From: an uncultured Bacteroidales bacterium
GTDB lineage: Bacteria; Bacteroidota; Bacteroidia; Bacteroidales; UBA10428
Length of the DNA stretch: 29,193 nucleotides
Direction: 5' to 3'
Assembly (NCBI GenBank): GCA_964442665.1
Contig: CAYUAV010000001.1
Span: 315-29,507, forward strand
The position numbers and the translations under genes are program-made. Positions within the stretch are counted from its first letter, which is position 1, and each line of letters starts with the position of its first letter. A model generated the notes under the pieces. That model ran no database searches. It saw only the letters and a list, made by a program, of their open reading frames with translations, and had not been told where the DNA came from. Of this stretch, positions 1 to 9,500 are shown one piece after another.

Positions 1-2
1 AC

Positions 3-743
3 TATACCGATAAAGGATATCTCCGTTTTGGCTATGTCCCTCTTGATGATTCTGATTACGATAGTGAACCTTCCATGCTCCAGTTTTATGTTGAGGATAC
101 CGGAATAGGAATTTCACCGGAGAAATCGGACTTTATCTTTGAGTGGTTCAACAAAATTGAAGATAATCCTACGAAATTATACAGGGGAGCTGGTTTGGGA
201 CTTTATATCTCGAAAGAGCTTATACATCTCATGGGAGGCGAAATCTGGTTTAACAGCAAACCTGACGAAGGGTCGACCTTCTATTTTACATTGCCCTATT
301 TTGATATAACCGAAGTCAAACCTTTAAAAGTAAAGAAAAAGAATACTGTAAAAGCAGTTGCTTTTAATCATAGCGACTGGCGTAAGAAAACGGTTCTTAT
401 AGTTGAAGATGAATATAATAATATAATATACCTGACAGAGATTTTAAAACGCACCGGGGCTTCTGTTCTTGAGGCACGGAGCGGAGAAAAGGCAGTGAAA
501 CTTGTTGAAGAAAATCCATCGATTTCAGTTGTCCTGATGGACCTGATGATGCCTAAGATGGACGGCTACAATGCTACAAGAAAAATCAAAAAAATACGTC
601 CGAATCTACCGGTAATAGCCCAAACTGCTTATACCAATGCCCGTGAGAAAGAGAAAAGTCTTGAGGCAGGTTGTGACGGTTATATTGCGAAACCTTTTAA
701 TCCCTCCGAATTACTGGAACTTATGGATGCATTTTTGCGGTAA
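3..743 (+). CDS. Hybrid sensor histidine kinase/response regulator, C-terminal part (HATPase_c + receiver), truncated by the window start
   Basis: Frame is open from base 3 (YTDKGYLRFGY...), so the ATG at 75 is internal. G1 box VEDTGIGI, G2 box GAGLGLYIS, receiver with VEDE, LMDLMMPKMDG and IAQTAY. Confidence 0.92.
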   Translation, partial: YTDKGYLRFGYVPLDDSDYDSEPSMLQFYVEDTGIGISPEKSDFIFEWFNKIEDNPTKLYRGAGLGLYISKELIHLMGGEIWFNSKPDEGSTFYFTLPYFDITEVKPLKVKKKNTVKAVAFNHSDWRKKTVLIVEDEYNNIIYLTEILKRTGASVLEARSGEKAVKLVEENPSISVVLMDLMMPKMDGYNATRKIKKIRPNLPVIAQTAYTNAREKEKSLEAGCDGYIAKPFNPSELLELMDAFLR

Positions 744-803
744 GATGAATCTCCGGATATAATTTCGGCAGAAATATTTGAAGTTGAATTCAGGTTTATT
801 TTT

Positions 804-1757
804 TCACCGTGATTTGCGATCCTGTTTTTTCTCCAGCACATCCTTTGAAATTCCCAACTTTTCTTCTTGTGTTTCATCGCCAATGGGCTCAACATGAATA
901 ATAACATCAAAAACTTCATACTCAAGTTCCTCTTTTATTTTTTTCTCGATGATGTGCGATATCTCATGGGCTTTCAATAACGACATTTCTCCGTCAAGTT
1001 CAATATCGATATTGATCATCAATTTATTGCCTGCCCGTCGTATTCGCATACGATGCGGATTTCGTGCTTCATGTATGCCCTCTACTATCTGGAAAACTTG
1101 TTCGTAAATATCCTTTTCAATATTTCCATCCATCAACTCCAGATTGGCTTCGATAAAAATTCTGATTGAAATCCATATAACCCATAAACTGACCAACAGG
1201 GCTACTATTGAATCGATTACGGGAATTTTAAAAATGAAGGTGAGTATCAGGCCAACTAATACCGAAAATGAAATCAATACATCGCTTTGCATATTCTTTG
1301 CATTGGCAACGAGCATACTGCTGTTTATTTTCCTGCCAATCCTGCTCTGGTACCATCCCAGTAAGAGCTTAAGTATAATAGAGGTTATAATAGCGATGAT
1401 TGCAGCCGTATCAGGAATATCAATCACAGAACCGGCCATAATCCGTTTTATGGATGATATGGCCAGTTGGGCTCCGGCAAAGAATATTATGAATGAAACA
1501 ACAACTGTTGCATTAGCTTCTGCTTTAGCATAACCATAAGGGAATTTCAGGTTGGGTGGCTTTGCAAGCAAATAGGCAATGCTAAGAGTAATAATCGATA
1601 TAAGAACATCGCCGCCTGAATCGAAACCATCGGCAACAACTGACAGACTTCCGGCAAAAAATCCGGCTGAAATTTTTAAAACAGCCAGAAAAGCATTACC
1701 TCCGATGGCTACCCATGATGCACGTTTAATTTGTTTTATCCGATCGGGCATATACAT
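804..1757 (-). CDS. Cation diffusion facilitator (CDF/FieF-like) metal exporter
   Basis: Several hydrophobic TM segments, SLSVVADGFDSGGD (TM2), PYGYAKAE loop, C-terminal metallochaperone-like domain (HRMRIRR, AHEISH, HVEP). Alternative ATG at 1751. Confidence 0.9.
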   Translation of the reverse strand: MYMPDRIKQIKRASWVAIGGNAFLAVLKISAGFFAGSLSVVADGFDSGGDVLISIITLSIAYLLAKPPNLKFPYGYAKAEANATVVVSFIIFFAGAQLAISSIKRIMAGSVIDIPDTAAIIAIITSIILKLLLGWYQSRIGRKINSSMLVANAKNMQSDVLISFSVLVGLILTFIFKIPVIDSIVALLVSLWVIWISIRIFIEANLELMDGNIEKDIYEQVFQIVEGIHEARNPHRMRIRRAGNKLMINIDIELDGEMSLLKAHEISHIIEKKIKEELEYEVFDVIIHVEPIGDETQEEKLGISKDVLEKKQDRKSR

Positions 1758-1791
1758 AATAAATGGATCTGTTCTTTGCTGTTCAGTCTGT

Positions 1792-1799
1792 CAAAAATA
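1792..1799 (-). promoter_or_regulatory. Putative Bacteroidota -7 promoter element (TATTTTTG) for the CDF gene
   Basis: Minus strand matches TAnnTTTG about 35 nt upstream of the start; no clear -33 TTTG. Confidence 0.35.
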
Positions 1800-1856
1800 C
1801 TATTTTCTGCAAAATATGATGATTAAAGTAACCATGGCAGCTGCTTATAAAATTAT

Positions 1857-1887
1857 TTTGAGGTATCAATTATTTCATGTATACTTG
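1857..1887 (+). promoter_or_regulatory. Putative primary-sigma promoter for the riboswitch-btuBG transcript
   Basis: TTTG (1857-1860), 19 nt, then TATACTTG (1880-1887; one mismatch to TAnnTTTG). The implied start near 1894 coincides with the 5' end of the riboswitch. Confidence 0.5.
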
Positions 1888-1892
1888 TAATC

Positions 1893-2128
1893 AGAATGGT
1901 GCGAATCTTCCTTTCGGAAGAATAGCTTAAAAGGGAATGCCGTGCTCCCGTATTTTCGAGGGAAATTCGGCAACAGTTCCCGCTGCTGTGAGCTCCATAA
2001 CTTCGAGGCACACTTGCCACTGTGCTTGTTCCCTGAATTAACAGGGTGGTATGGGAAGGCGCTTTGAAGGGAGTAAGTCAGAAGACCTGCCATCAATTTT
2101 ACATTATGTAGCTTTCGGGAAAAAAGCT
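1893..2128 (+). ncRNA. Cobalamin (B12) riboswitch
   Basis: Conserved blocks TGGT...TTAAAAGGGAATGCCGTG...AAATTCGGCAACAGTTCCCGCTGCTGTGA...GCCACTG...TGGGAAGGC...AGTCAGAAGACCTGCCA. L5 TTCCCG (1977-1982) is exactly complementary to loop CGGGAA (2116-2121) of hairpin P13 (AGCTTT 2110-2115 / AAAGCT 2123-2128). Lies upstream of a btuB-like gene. Confidence 0.96.
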
Positions 2129-2207
2129 GAGTAATGATTGCCTTAAAACAATCTGTTACTACTTCTTAACCCAAAGTTACAAATGATTACACATTTAATC
2201 ATTTGTG

Positions 2208-4124
2208 ATGAAGTATCGAAAAAAGCTTATAGTTATTGCCTTTGCTCTTTTACCTGCATTGATCAGCAAGGCCGATATCGCCGATACGGTTATTAATCTG
2301 GATAAGGTAGTAATAAAGGGCCTGAAGTTCAATTGTTATTCCATTGGAACAAAAGTATATTCCATTGATACATTGGCTTTGAAAATTTTTAGTGCCGGAT
2401 CGCTTGCCGATGTGTTGCAAATTGAAAATTCAATATCTGTTAAAACATATGGTCCGGGAGGAATGGCAAGTGTCTCTGTGCGGGGAGGAAGTTCACGACA
2501 TACAGCGGTTATCTGGAATGGTTTCAGTCTGAAAAATCCGATGAGCGGGGGATTGAATTTTTCAGCATTGCCGGCTGGATTTATTGATAATATAACTATT
2601 TTACCCGGTGGTTCATCTACTATGTACGGAAGTGGATCAGCCTGCGGAGTAATATTGCTTTCTAATAGTCTTAAGCTGAATGGAAATGGATTATTTTTTG
2701 ATTTGAACAGCGAAGCAGGAAGTTTCGGAAGTTATAATAATCTGGTTTCTATTGGTTATTCAGGCAGGAAATTCTCTTCAAGAATTAAATTTGGCTACCA
2801 GACTGCAGAAAACGATTTTAAGTTTAGAAATCAGGAAAAATACAGTAATCCAGTCGATACGCTTCAGCATGCGGCTTTCAGAAGATATTCCGTTTTGCAA
2901 CAGTTAGCGTTTCGGATATCCAAAAAATCCATAATAGAAACAGATTTTTGGTATGTAAATCATTTTAAAGAAATACCTTCTCTAACTTCAGACTATGAAG
3001 TAGGAACCGCCGAACAGACGGATGAAAATGTTCGCTTTACGATTAATTACGCGACTTATGGGAATAAATGGTTTATAAAATATCGCTCAGGATTACTGGA
3101 AGATAAAATCTTCTATAACGATCCTGCCAGCCTGGGAATACATACGAAGAACCGGTCACTTTCATTGATTAATGAATTGGAAGCTAATTATTCGTTCAGC
3201 AAATATCATAGTATAAATATAGGTATTAACCATACCTATGAAAATGCTTTTTCAAACAATTATACCTTGAACACTTCGCGTGCCCGTCTTTCACTATTTG
3301 GCCGGTATAATCTTTCCTTAATCGGGGACAGGATTTTATTATCGGCAGAAAGCCGGAAAGAAAGTGTGGATGGTAAATTCATACCCCTGGTATTTTCAAT
3401 TGGAACTGATATTTGCTTTTTACCCGGATTTCATATAAAGACTGTTACTGCAAAACATTATGCATTGCCTGCCTTAGATGACTTATTTTGGGGTGAGGAT
3501 GCTTATTCCAGGGGTAATCCTGAATTAATTCCGGAGTATGGATGGAATAATGAAGCCGGGATTTTGTACAAAACGGGAAATGAATTAATACAGGTAAGTC
3601 ACGAAATATCTATTTTCAGAAATAATGTTCACGATCTGATAATATGGTTACCCGGCGAAGACGGGAAATGGATCCCCGAAAATGTGAATGAATCAATCTC
3701 GCGGGGTCTGGAATTTCGCGGTTACATAAAACGCGAATTCACTAACTCTTCTCTGAATCTGCAATATATGTACTCATATACACGCGCCCTGATTTGGAGA
3801 GAGGGAATGCCGGAACAATCAGGAACCACCAGAATTTATGTTCCGGAGCATGTAGCTTCAGTTTCGGCAGGATACAGAATAAGGAAATTCGAAATCAGGT
3901 ACCTGCAGAGCTTTACAGGAGAGAGGTATTATGATACTTATCATACGCTTGATTCATACACTCTGGGTGACCTTTTTCTGAACTATAACTGGAATTGTAA
4001 CAACACTTGTTTAAGCATTTGCCTTAAAATATTGAACCTGTATAATTCATCCTATCAGGCTATAAAGGGGTATGCTCAGCCTCCCCGTAGTTATGCACTG
4101 GGAATTAATTTTTCATTTAAATAA
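2208..4124 (+). CDS. btuB: TonB-dependent receptor, vitamin B12 transporter BtuB-like
   Basis: Signal peptide, plug motifs (SLADVL, YGPGGMASVSVRGGSSRHTAVIWNG, MYGSGSACGVILL), GNPELIPE, C-terminal aromatic YALGINFSFK; downstream of a B12 riboswitch. In-frame GTG at 2205. Confidence 0.85.
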   Translation: MKYRKKLIVIAFALLPALISKADIADTVINLDKVVIKGLKFNCYSIGTKVYSIDTLALKIFSAGSLADVLQIENSISVKTYGPGGMASVSVRGGSSRHTAVIWNGFSLKNPMSGGLNFSALPAGFIDNITILPGGSSTMYGSGSACGVILLSNSLKLNGNGLFFDLNSEAGSFGSYNNLVSIGYSGRKFSSRIKFGYQTAENDFKFRNQEKYSNPVDTLQHAAFRRYSVLQQLAFRISKKSIIETDFWYVNHFKEIPSLTSDYEVGTAEQTDENVRFTINYATYGNKWFIKYRSGLLEDKIFYNDPASLGIHTKNRSLSLINELEANYSFSKYHSINIGINHTYENAFSNNYTLNTSRARLSLFGRYNLSLIGDRILLSAESRKESVDGKFIPLVFSIGTDICFLPGFHIKTVTAKHYALPALDDLFWGEDAYSRGNPELIPEYGWNNEAGILYKTGNELIQVSHEISIFRNNVHDLIIWLPGEDGKWIPENVNESISRGLEFRGYIKREFTNSSLNLQYMYSYTRALIWREGMPEQSGTTRIYVPEHVASVSAGYRIRKFEIRYLQSFTGERYYDTYHTLDSYTLGDLFLNYNWNCNNTCLSICLKILNLYNSSYQAIKGYAQPPRSYALGINFSFK

Positions 4125-4137
4125 ATAATATAAAGTC

Positions 4138-5241
4138 ATGTCACACTACTACCTAAATCTGCAAATTAAAATCGTATTAGGAATACTATTTTTATTTCCA
4201 CTATTCTTTTCATGCGGAAAAGAAGAAACTTCCGGAGAATATTCAAACGGAGTATTTATTGCCAATGAAGGGGGGTTTGAGAGTAACAACGGATCAATCA
4301 GTTTTTATAGTTACAATGCCGATTCCGTTTATAATGATATCTTTTATAACGTTAACTATCGTTCATTAGGAGATGTAATTCAATCTGTTACAATACATAA
4401 TGGGAAGGCCTACATCGTTGTGAATAATTCGAATAAAATTGAAATAGCTGACAGGGAGACCTTTAAGGAAAACGGAGTCATAACTGGTCTGTCTTCACCG
4501 AGATATCTGGCAGCCTATAACAACCTGGCATTTGTATCGTGCTGGGGCGATAATACAGTAAAAATTATCAATCTGGAAACCAATAGTATTGTTGAATCAA
4601 TACCTGTCGGCATGGGTCCTGACAAGATGTGTATTGTCAATAATAAATTATATGTTGTCAATACAGGAGGCTGGGCGACAGACTCGGTAATAAGTGTTAT
4701 CGATGTTGCAACTTACGAACTGAAAAAAAATATAAGTGTGAAATATTCGCCTTATGATATGGTCATTGATAATGAAGATAATATCTGGGCGCTTTGTTAT
4801 GGAAAAGTTATCTATGATACGGAAGACCCTTACCCTATAATCGAAGAGACACCTTCGAAAATCTATAAGATAGATACCAAGTCGGATGAACCGGTTTTAG
4901 AGATTGAATTGTTCGACAATCAGCATCCGTGGCACCTGGAAATCAGTAACGAGGGTGAATTATTTTTCGGGGGAGGGTATTCGTTTCAGGGTATTTATCA
5001 TCTTGCAATTGAATCTGACGCTGTAACACGAACTCAAATTATTCCGGATTATGTTTATGGCTTCAATATTGATCCGAATACCAATATACTTTTTCTTATG
5101 CTTGCACCAACGTTCACCGAACCTGGATTGTTGAGACGATACAGTAAGGAAGGAGAGTTGCTGGGGACTTATGAATGCGGGATCGGGCCAAACAGTGCAA
5201 CCTTTAAAAAAGCAGGGTTAAACCAGTCTTTGAAAAACTGA
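4138..5241 (+). CDS. btuG: Surface lipoprotein BtuG-like (DUF5074/YncE beta-propeller), B12 capture
   Basis: Lipobox LFFS-C26 followed by GKEE; GVFIANEGGF..NNGSISFY, LGDVIQS, KAYIVVNNSNKIEI, SPRYL propeller motifs; 13 nt after btuB. Confidence 0.82.
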   Translation: MSHYYLNLQIKIVLGILFLFPLFFSCGKEETSGEYSNGVFIANEGGFESNNGSISFYSYNADSVYNDIFYNVNYRSLGDVIQSVTIHNGKAYIVVNNSNKIEIADRETFKENGVITGLSSPRYLAAYNNLAFVSCWGDNTVKIINLETNSIVESIPVGMGPDKMCIVNNKLYVVNTGGWATDSVISVIDVATYELKKNISVKYSPYDMVIDNEDNIWALCYGKVIYDTEDPYPIIEETPSKIYKIDTKSDEPVLEIELFDNQHPWHLEISNEGELFFGGGYSFQGIYHLAIESDAVTRTQIIPDYVYGFNIDPNTNILFLMLAPTFTEPGLLRRYSKEGELLGTYECGIGPNSATFKKAGLNQSLKN

Positions 5242-5406
5242 ATATTCATCAGAGGAAATGAAGGAAATATGATTTTCTTAAGCTCTTTACATTAAAACAC
5301 CTGATAATTTGTTATGAAGCCTGGGCATAAATTTGTAAAGAATTAATACTAATCCTCAATTTCTTAACAATCAGTTCATTAATTTTATGATCCAAATTAA
5401 TAGGGT

Positions 5407-6447
5407 ATGAGAGATTCATCTCCACGCCAACTGGCTGTATTGCTGGCACTGGTTGCATCAGTTACGACTGTTGCGGCAGGATTAGTAGTTCAGGTTTTTC
5501 AGGAAACGAGTTTTATTATTTCAATGCTATTTATTGCACTGGTTATGTTTTTTACAGTATATCTGATCGTTTTTTATTCGTTAAATAATTTTATTATAGA
5601 AAAGATAAAACCTATTTATAAAACCATATTTACTCTGAGTCAGGCAGAAGAAAAACTTAAAACCGATATTGAGGATCGTGATATAATTCAGAATGTTCAG
5701 GACGATGTTATGCAATGGGCGCGAAATAAAACACGCGAAATTTCACAACTCAAACAGCTTGAAAAATACCGTCGTGAATTTCTTGGCAATGTTTCACATG
5801 AACTTAAAACGCCAATTTTCAATATACAGGGTTATATTCTTACTTTACTTGACGGAGGGCTCGAAGATGAGAATATTAATCGCCGATACCTTGAAAAAGC
5901 CGAAAAAAGTGTGAACCGCCTTATTTCAATTATAAACGATCTTGAAAGTATTTCCCGGCTCGAATCGGGCGAACTTCATCTGGAATATCAACGATTTGAT
6001 ATGGTAAAACTGGTAGAGGAAATATTTGAAGAACAGGACAGACTGGCGCATGAACGAAATATAAAGCTCAAACTTTCACGTAATTCCGATAAACCTGTTT
6101 ATGTCTATGCCGACAGGAAAAGAATTCTGGAAGCTCTAAGCAACCTGATTGTGAATTCGATAAAATATGGAAGATCAGGAGGCCATACCGTAGTTAAATT
6201 TCTTGATATGGATGACAATATTGTGGTTGAGGTTGCCGATAATGGTATTGGAATATCAGAAAAGGATTTACCACGTATTTTTGAACGCTTCTACAGAATC
6301 GATAAAAGCCGGTCGCGCGAAATGGGAGGCACCGGGCTCGGGTTATCCATTGTTAAACATATCATTGAGGCGCATAATCAAACCATTAATGTTCAGAGCA
6401 AACCGGACAGAGGTTCATCTTTTGCGTTTACGCTTCGTAAAGGCTGA
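5407..6447 (+). CDS. Membrane sensor histidine kinase, PhoR/RprX-like
   Basis: Two N-terminal TM helices, H-box FLGNVSH131ELKTP, N box NLIVNSIKYG, DNGIGI, FERFYRIDKSRSR, GTGLGLSIVKH. Confidence 0.92.
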   Translation: MRDSSPRQLAVLLALVASVTTVAAGLVVQVFQETSFIISMLFIALVMFFTVYLIVFYSLNNFIIEKIKPIYKTIFTLSQAEEKLKTDIEDRDIIQNVQDDVMQWARNKTREISQLKQLEKYRREFLGNVSHELKTPIFNIQGYILTLLDGGLEDENINRRYLEKAEKSVNRLISIINDLESISRLESGELHLEYQRFDMVKLVEEIFEEQDRLAHERNIKLKLSRNSDKPVYVYADRKRILEALSNLIVNSIKYGRSGGHTVVKFLDMDDNIVVEVADNGIGISEKDLPRIFERFYRIDKSRSREMGGTGLGLSIVKHIIEAHNQTINVQSKPDRGSSFAFTLRKG

Positions 6448-6501
6448 AATCTGATTTAACGAACAGCCTGATTCCCATTAGATTTACTTCATAAATTAAA
6501 A

Positions 6502-6532
6502 TTGTTTTTTTCTGATCATAAATCTATCTTTG
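6502..6532 (+). promoter_or_regulatory. Bacteroidota primary-sigma promoter for ileS
   Basis: TTG (6502-6504), 20 nt, then TATCTTTG (6525-6532), 37 nt before the ATG. Confidence 0.6.
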
Positions 6533-6569
6533 TGCAATTTTCAAACAGGATACCAAAAGTGAACTTTCA

Positions 6570-9500
6570 ATGAATACAAAGTTTCCGGAATATAAACCTT
6601 TCGATCTTTCGAAGATCAATGATGAAATACGGAAGCAGTGGGACAAGCTTGATGTATTCAAACAAAGTCTTTCAATACGCAAGCATAACAAAGCTTTTAT
6701 TTTTTACGAGGGACCTCCTTCTGCTAATGGGATACCTGGCATTCATCATGTAATGTCGCGCACAATCAAGGATATATTCTGTCGTTATAAGACACTTAAA
6801 GGATATCTTGTCGAACGAAAAGCCGGATGGGATACACATGGTTTGCCTGTTGAGTTAAGTGTCGAAACAATGCTTAAGATAACCAAAGAAGATATTGGCA
6901 ATAAAATTAGCGTGAAGGAATATAACAATACCTGCAAGAAGGAGGTAATGCGTTATACACGCGAATGGGAAGAGTTGACGCGTAAAATGGGTTACTGGAT
7001 CGATATGGATCACCCTTACATCACTTACGATAACCGGTATATCGAAACTCTCTGGTATTTACTTAAGGAGCTTTATAAAAGAGACATGCTTTATGAGGGG
7101 TATACTATTCAACCTTATTCACCGGCTGCCGGTACAGGATTGAGTTCACATGAGCTTAATCAGCCGGGGTGTTACCGCGATGTTAAGGATACGACTTGTG
7201 TAGCGCAGTTTAAAGTATTACGAAACGAGCGTTCCGAGCGGCTCTTTGACGGAGTGGATACCGATTTGTTTTTTCTGGCATGGACAACAACTCCCTGGAC
7301 TTTACCTTCGAATACTGCCCTGGCAGTTGGTGAAAATATTTCGTACAGCAAAATCAGAACATTTAATCCATATACTTCCGAGCCGATTACAGTGATCCTT
7401 GCAAGCGATCTTCTGCCGGTATATTTTGATCATGACATTTCCGATCTTCCCCTTGAAGCGTATCATGAAGGAGACAAAAACATTCCCTATAAAGTACTTG
7501 CGACATACAAAGGAAAGCAATTGAAGGGCATTCAGTATGAACAGTTAATTGGGTGGATAAAGCCCGAAGGGAAAGCTTTCGAAGTTCTTTTAGGCGATTT
7601 TGTAACCACCGAGGATGGAACAGGTATTGTACATATTGCACCTACCTTTGGTGCCGACGACCTGCGCGTTGCACAGCAGAACGGAGTGGCAGCCCTGACA
7701 ATTCTTGATAACAACGGGAACAATGCTCCACTAGTTGACAAAAAAGGGCGTTTTTACAGGATTAAGGATATCAACAGCGAGTTTGTTGCCAGGTATGTCG
7801 ACAGAAAATCATATGAGGAGTATGCCGGAAGATATGTTAAGAATGAGTATGACGAGAGTTTATCGCCTGACGATCCTACCGTTGATATTGATATTGTCGT
7901 GATGTTAAAAAAAACGGGTAAGAATTTTCGTATTGAAAAACACGTTCATAACTATCCCCACTGCTGGCGTACCGATAAGCCTGTTTTATACTATCCGCTC
8001 GATTCGTGGTTTATCAGGACCACGGCCCTGAAAGACCGTCTTATAGCGTTAAACAATACGATCAATTGGAAACCCGAATCAACTGGTACAGGACGCTTTG
8101 GCAAATGGCTTGAAAATCTTGTCGACTGGAATCTCTCACGCTCTCGTTTCTGGGGCACTCCCTTACCTATTTGGATATCGGAAGATAAATCGGAACAGAA
8201 ATGCATTGGTTCGGTATCCGAATTAAAGAAGGAGATCGATAAGGCGGTTAAGGCTGGGTTCATGCCGGAAAATCCTTTGGGGGCGTATCGTGAGAATGAT
8301 TTTACCAGTGAAAACTATAATCAGTTCGACTTACACCGACCCTTTGTCGACGAAGTTATCCTAGTTTCCGATTCGGGCCATAAAATGTTTCGTGAGGCCG
8401 ACCTGATCGATGTGTGGTTCGATTCAGGAGCTATGCCCTATGCTCAGGTACATTATCCTTTTAATATGAAGGATGAGCAGTTCAAATCGATCTATCCGGC
8501 TGATTTTATTGCGGAAGGCGTAGATCAGACACGTGGATGGTTTTTTACGCTTCACGCTATAGCAGGCATGATATTCGATTCTGTTGCTTTCAAGAATATT
8601 ATCAGCAACGGACTGGTTCTCGATAAGAATGGTAATAAAATGTCTAAGCGACTGGGCAATGCAATCGATCCTTTTGAAACCATCGATAAATTTGGTTCCG
8701 ATCCGTTACGCTGGTATATGATTACGAATTCCCAGCCCTGGGATAACCTGAAATTCGATATCGATGGAGTAGAAGAGGTTCGACGCAAATTTTTTGGGAC
8801 ATTGTACAATACCTATTCATTCTTTGCCCTGTATGCCAATGTTGATAACTATGATCATTCACAACCTGAAATTGCGGTTAAAGATCGTCCCGAAATTGAC
8901 CGGTGGATTATATCACTGCTTAACACATTGATAAAAGATGTGGGTGAATACTACGAAAATTACGAACCTACCAAAGCAGGTCGTGCTATTCAGGATTTCG
9001 TTATTGAGAATCTCAGTAACTGGTATGTTCGACTGAACAGAAAAAGATATTGGGGAGGTGAATTCGATCAGGATAAAATATCGGCATACCAGACCCTTTA
9101 CACCTGTCTGGAAACCATTGCCATACTAGCATCGCCCATTGCACCTTTTTATTGCGATAAAATTTTCTGCGATTTAAACAATCGAAGCAAAAATTATGTT
9201 ATTGACTCGGTACATCTTATAGATTTTCCGGAATATAACAAAGCCTATATCGATAAGGATCTGGAGCAACGTATGGAAATTGCACAGAATATTTCTTCCA
9301 TGATACTTGGTTTGCGACGAAAAGTTAATATTAAAGTGCGACAGCCATTGAGTAAAATAATGATTCCCGTTCTCGACAGTAAATTCGAGAAACAGATTAA
9401 AGCTGTTTCGTCGCTTATTTTATCTGAAGTCAATGTCAAGGAAATAGAGTTTCTTACCGACACTTCCGATATATTATTGAAAAAGATAAAACCTAACTTT

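Noticed and set aside
1144-1890. Plus-strand ORFs 1144-1533 and 1579-1890
   Set aside because: Antisense shadows of the CDF gene with no recognisable motifs.
1875-2096. 73-aa minus-strand ORF
   Set aside because: It is the reverse complement of the cobalamin riboswitch; coding is unlikely.
2182-2203. AATGAT...ATCATT as a Fur box
   Set aside because: Half-sites are 10 nt apart rather than 1 nt; better explained as an RNA hairpin.
5364-5390. Pho-box-like 11-nt periodicity upstream of the kinase
   Set aside because: Too degenerate in AT-rich DNA to separate from chance.
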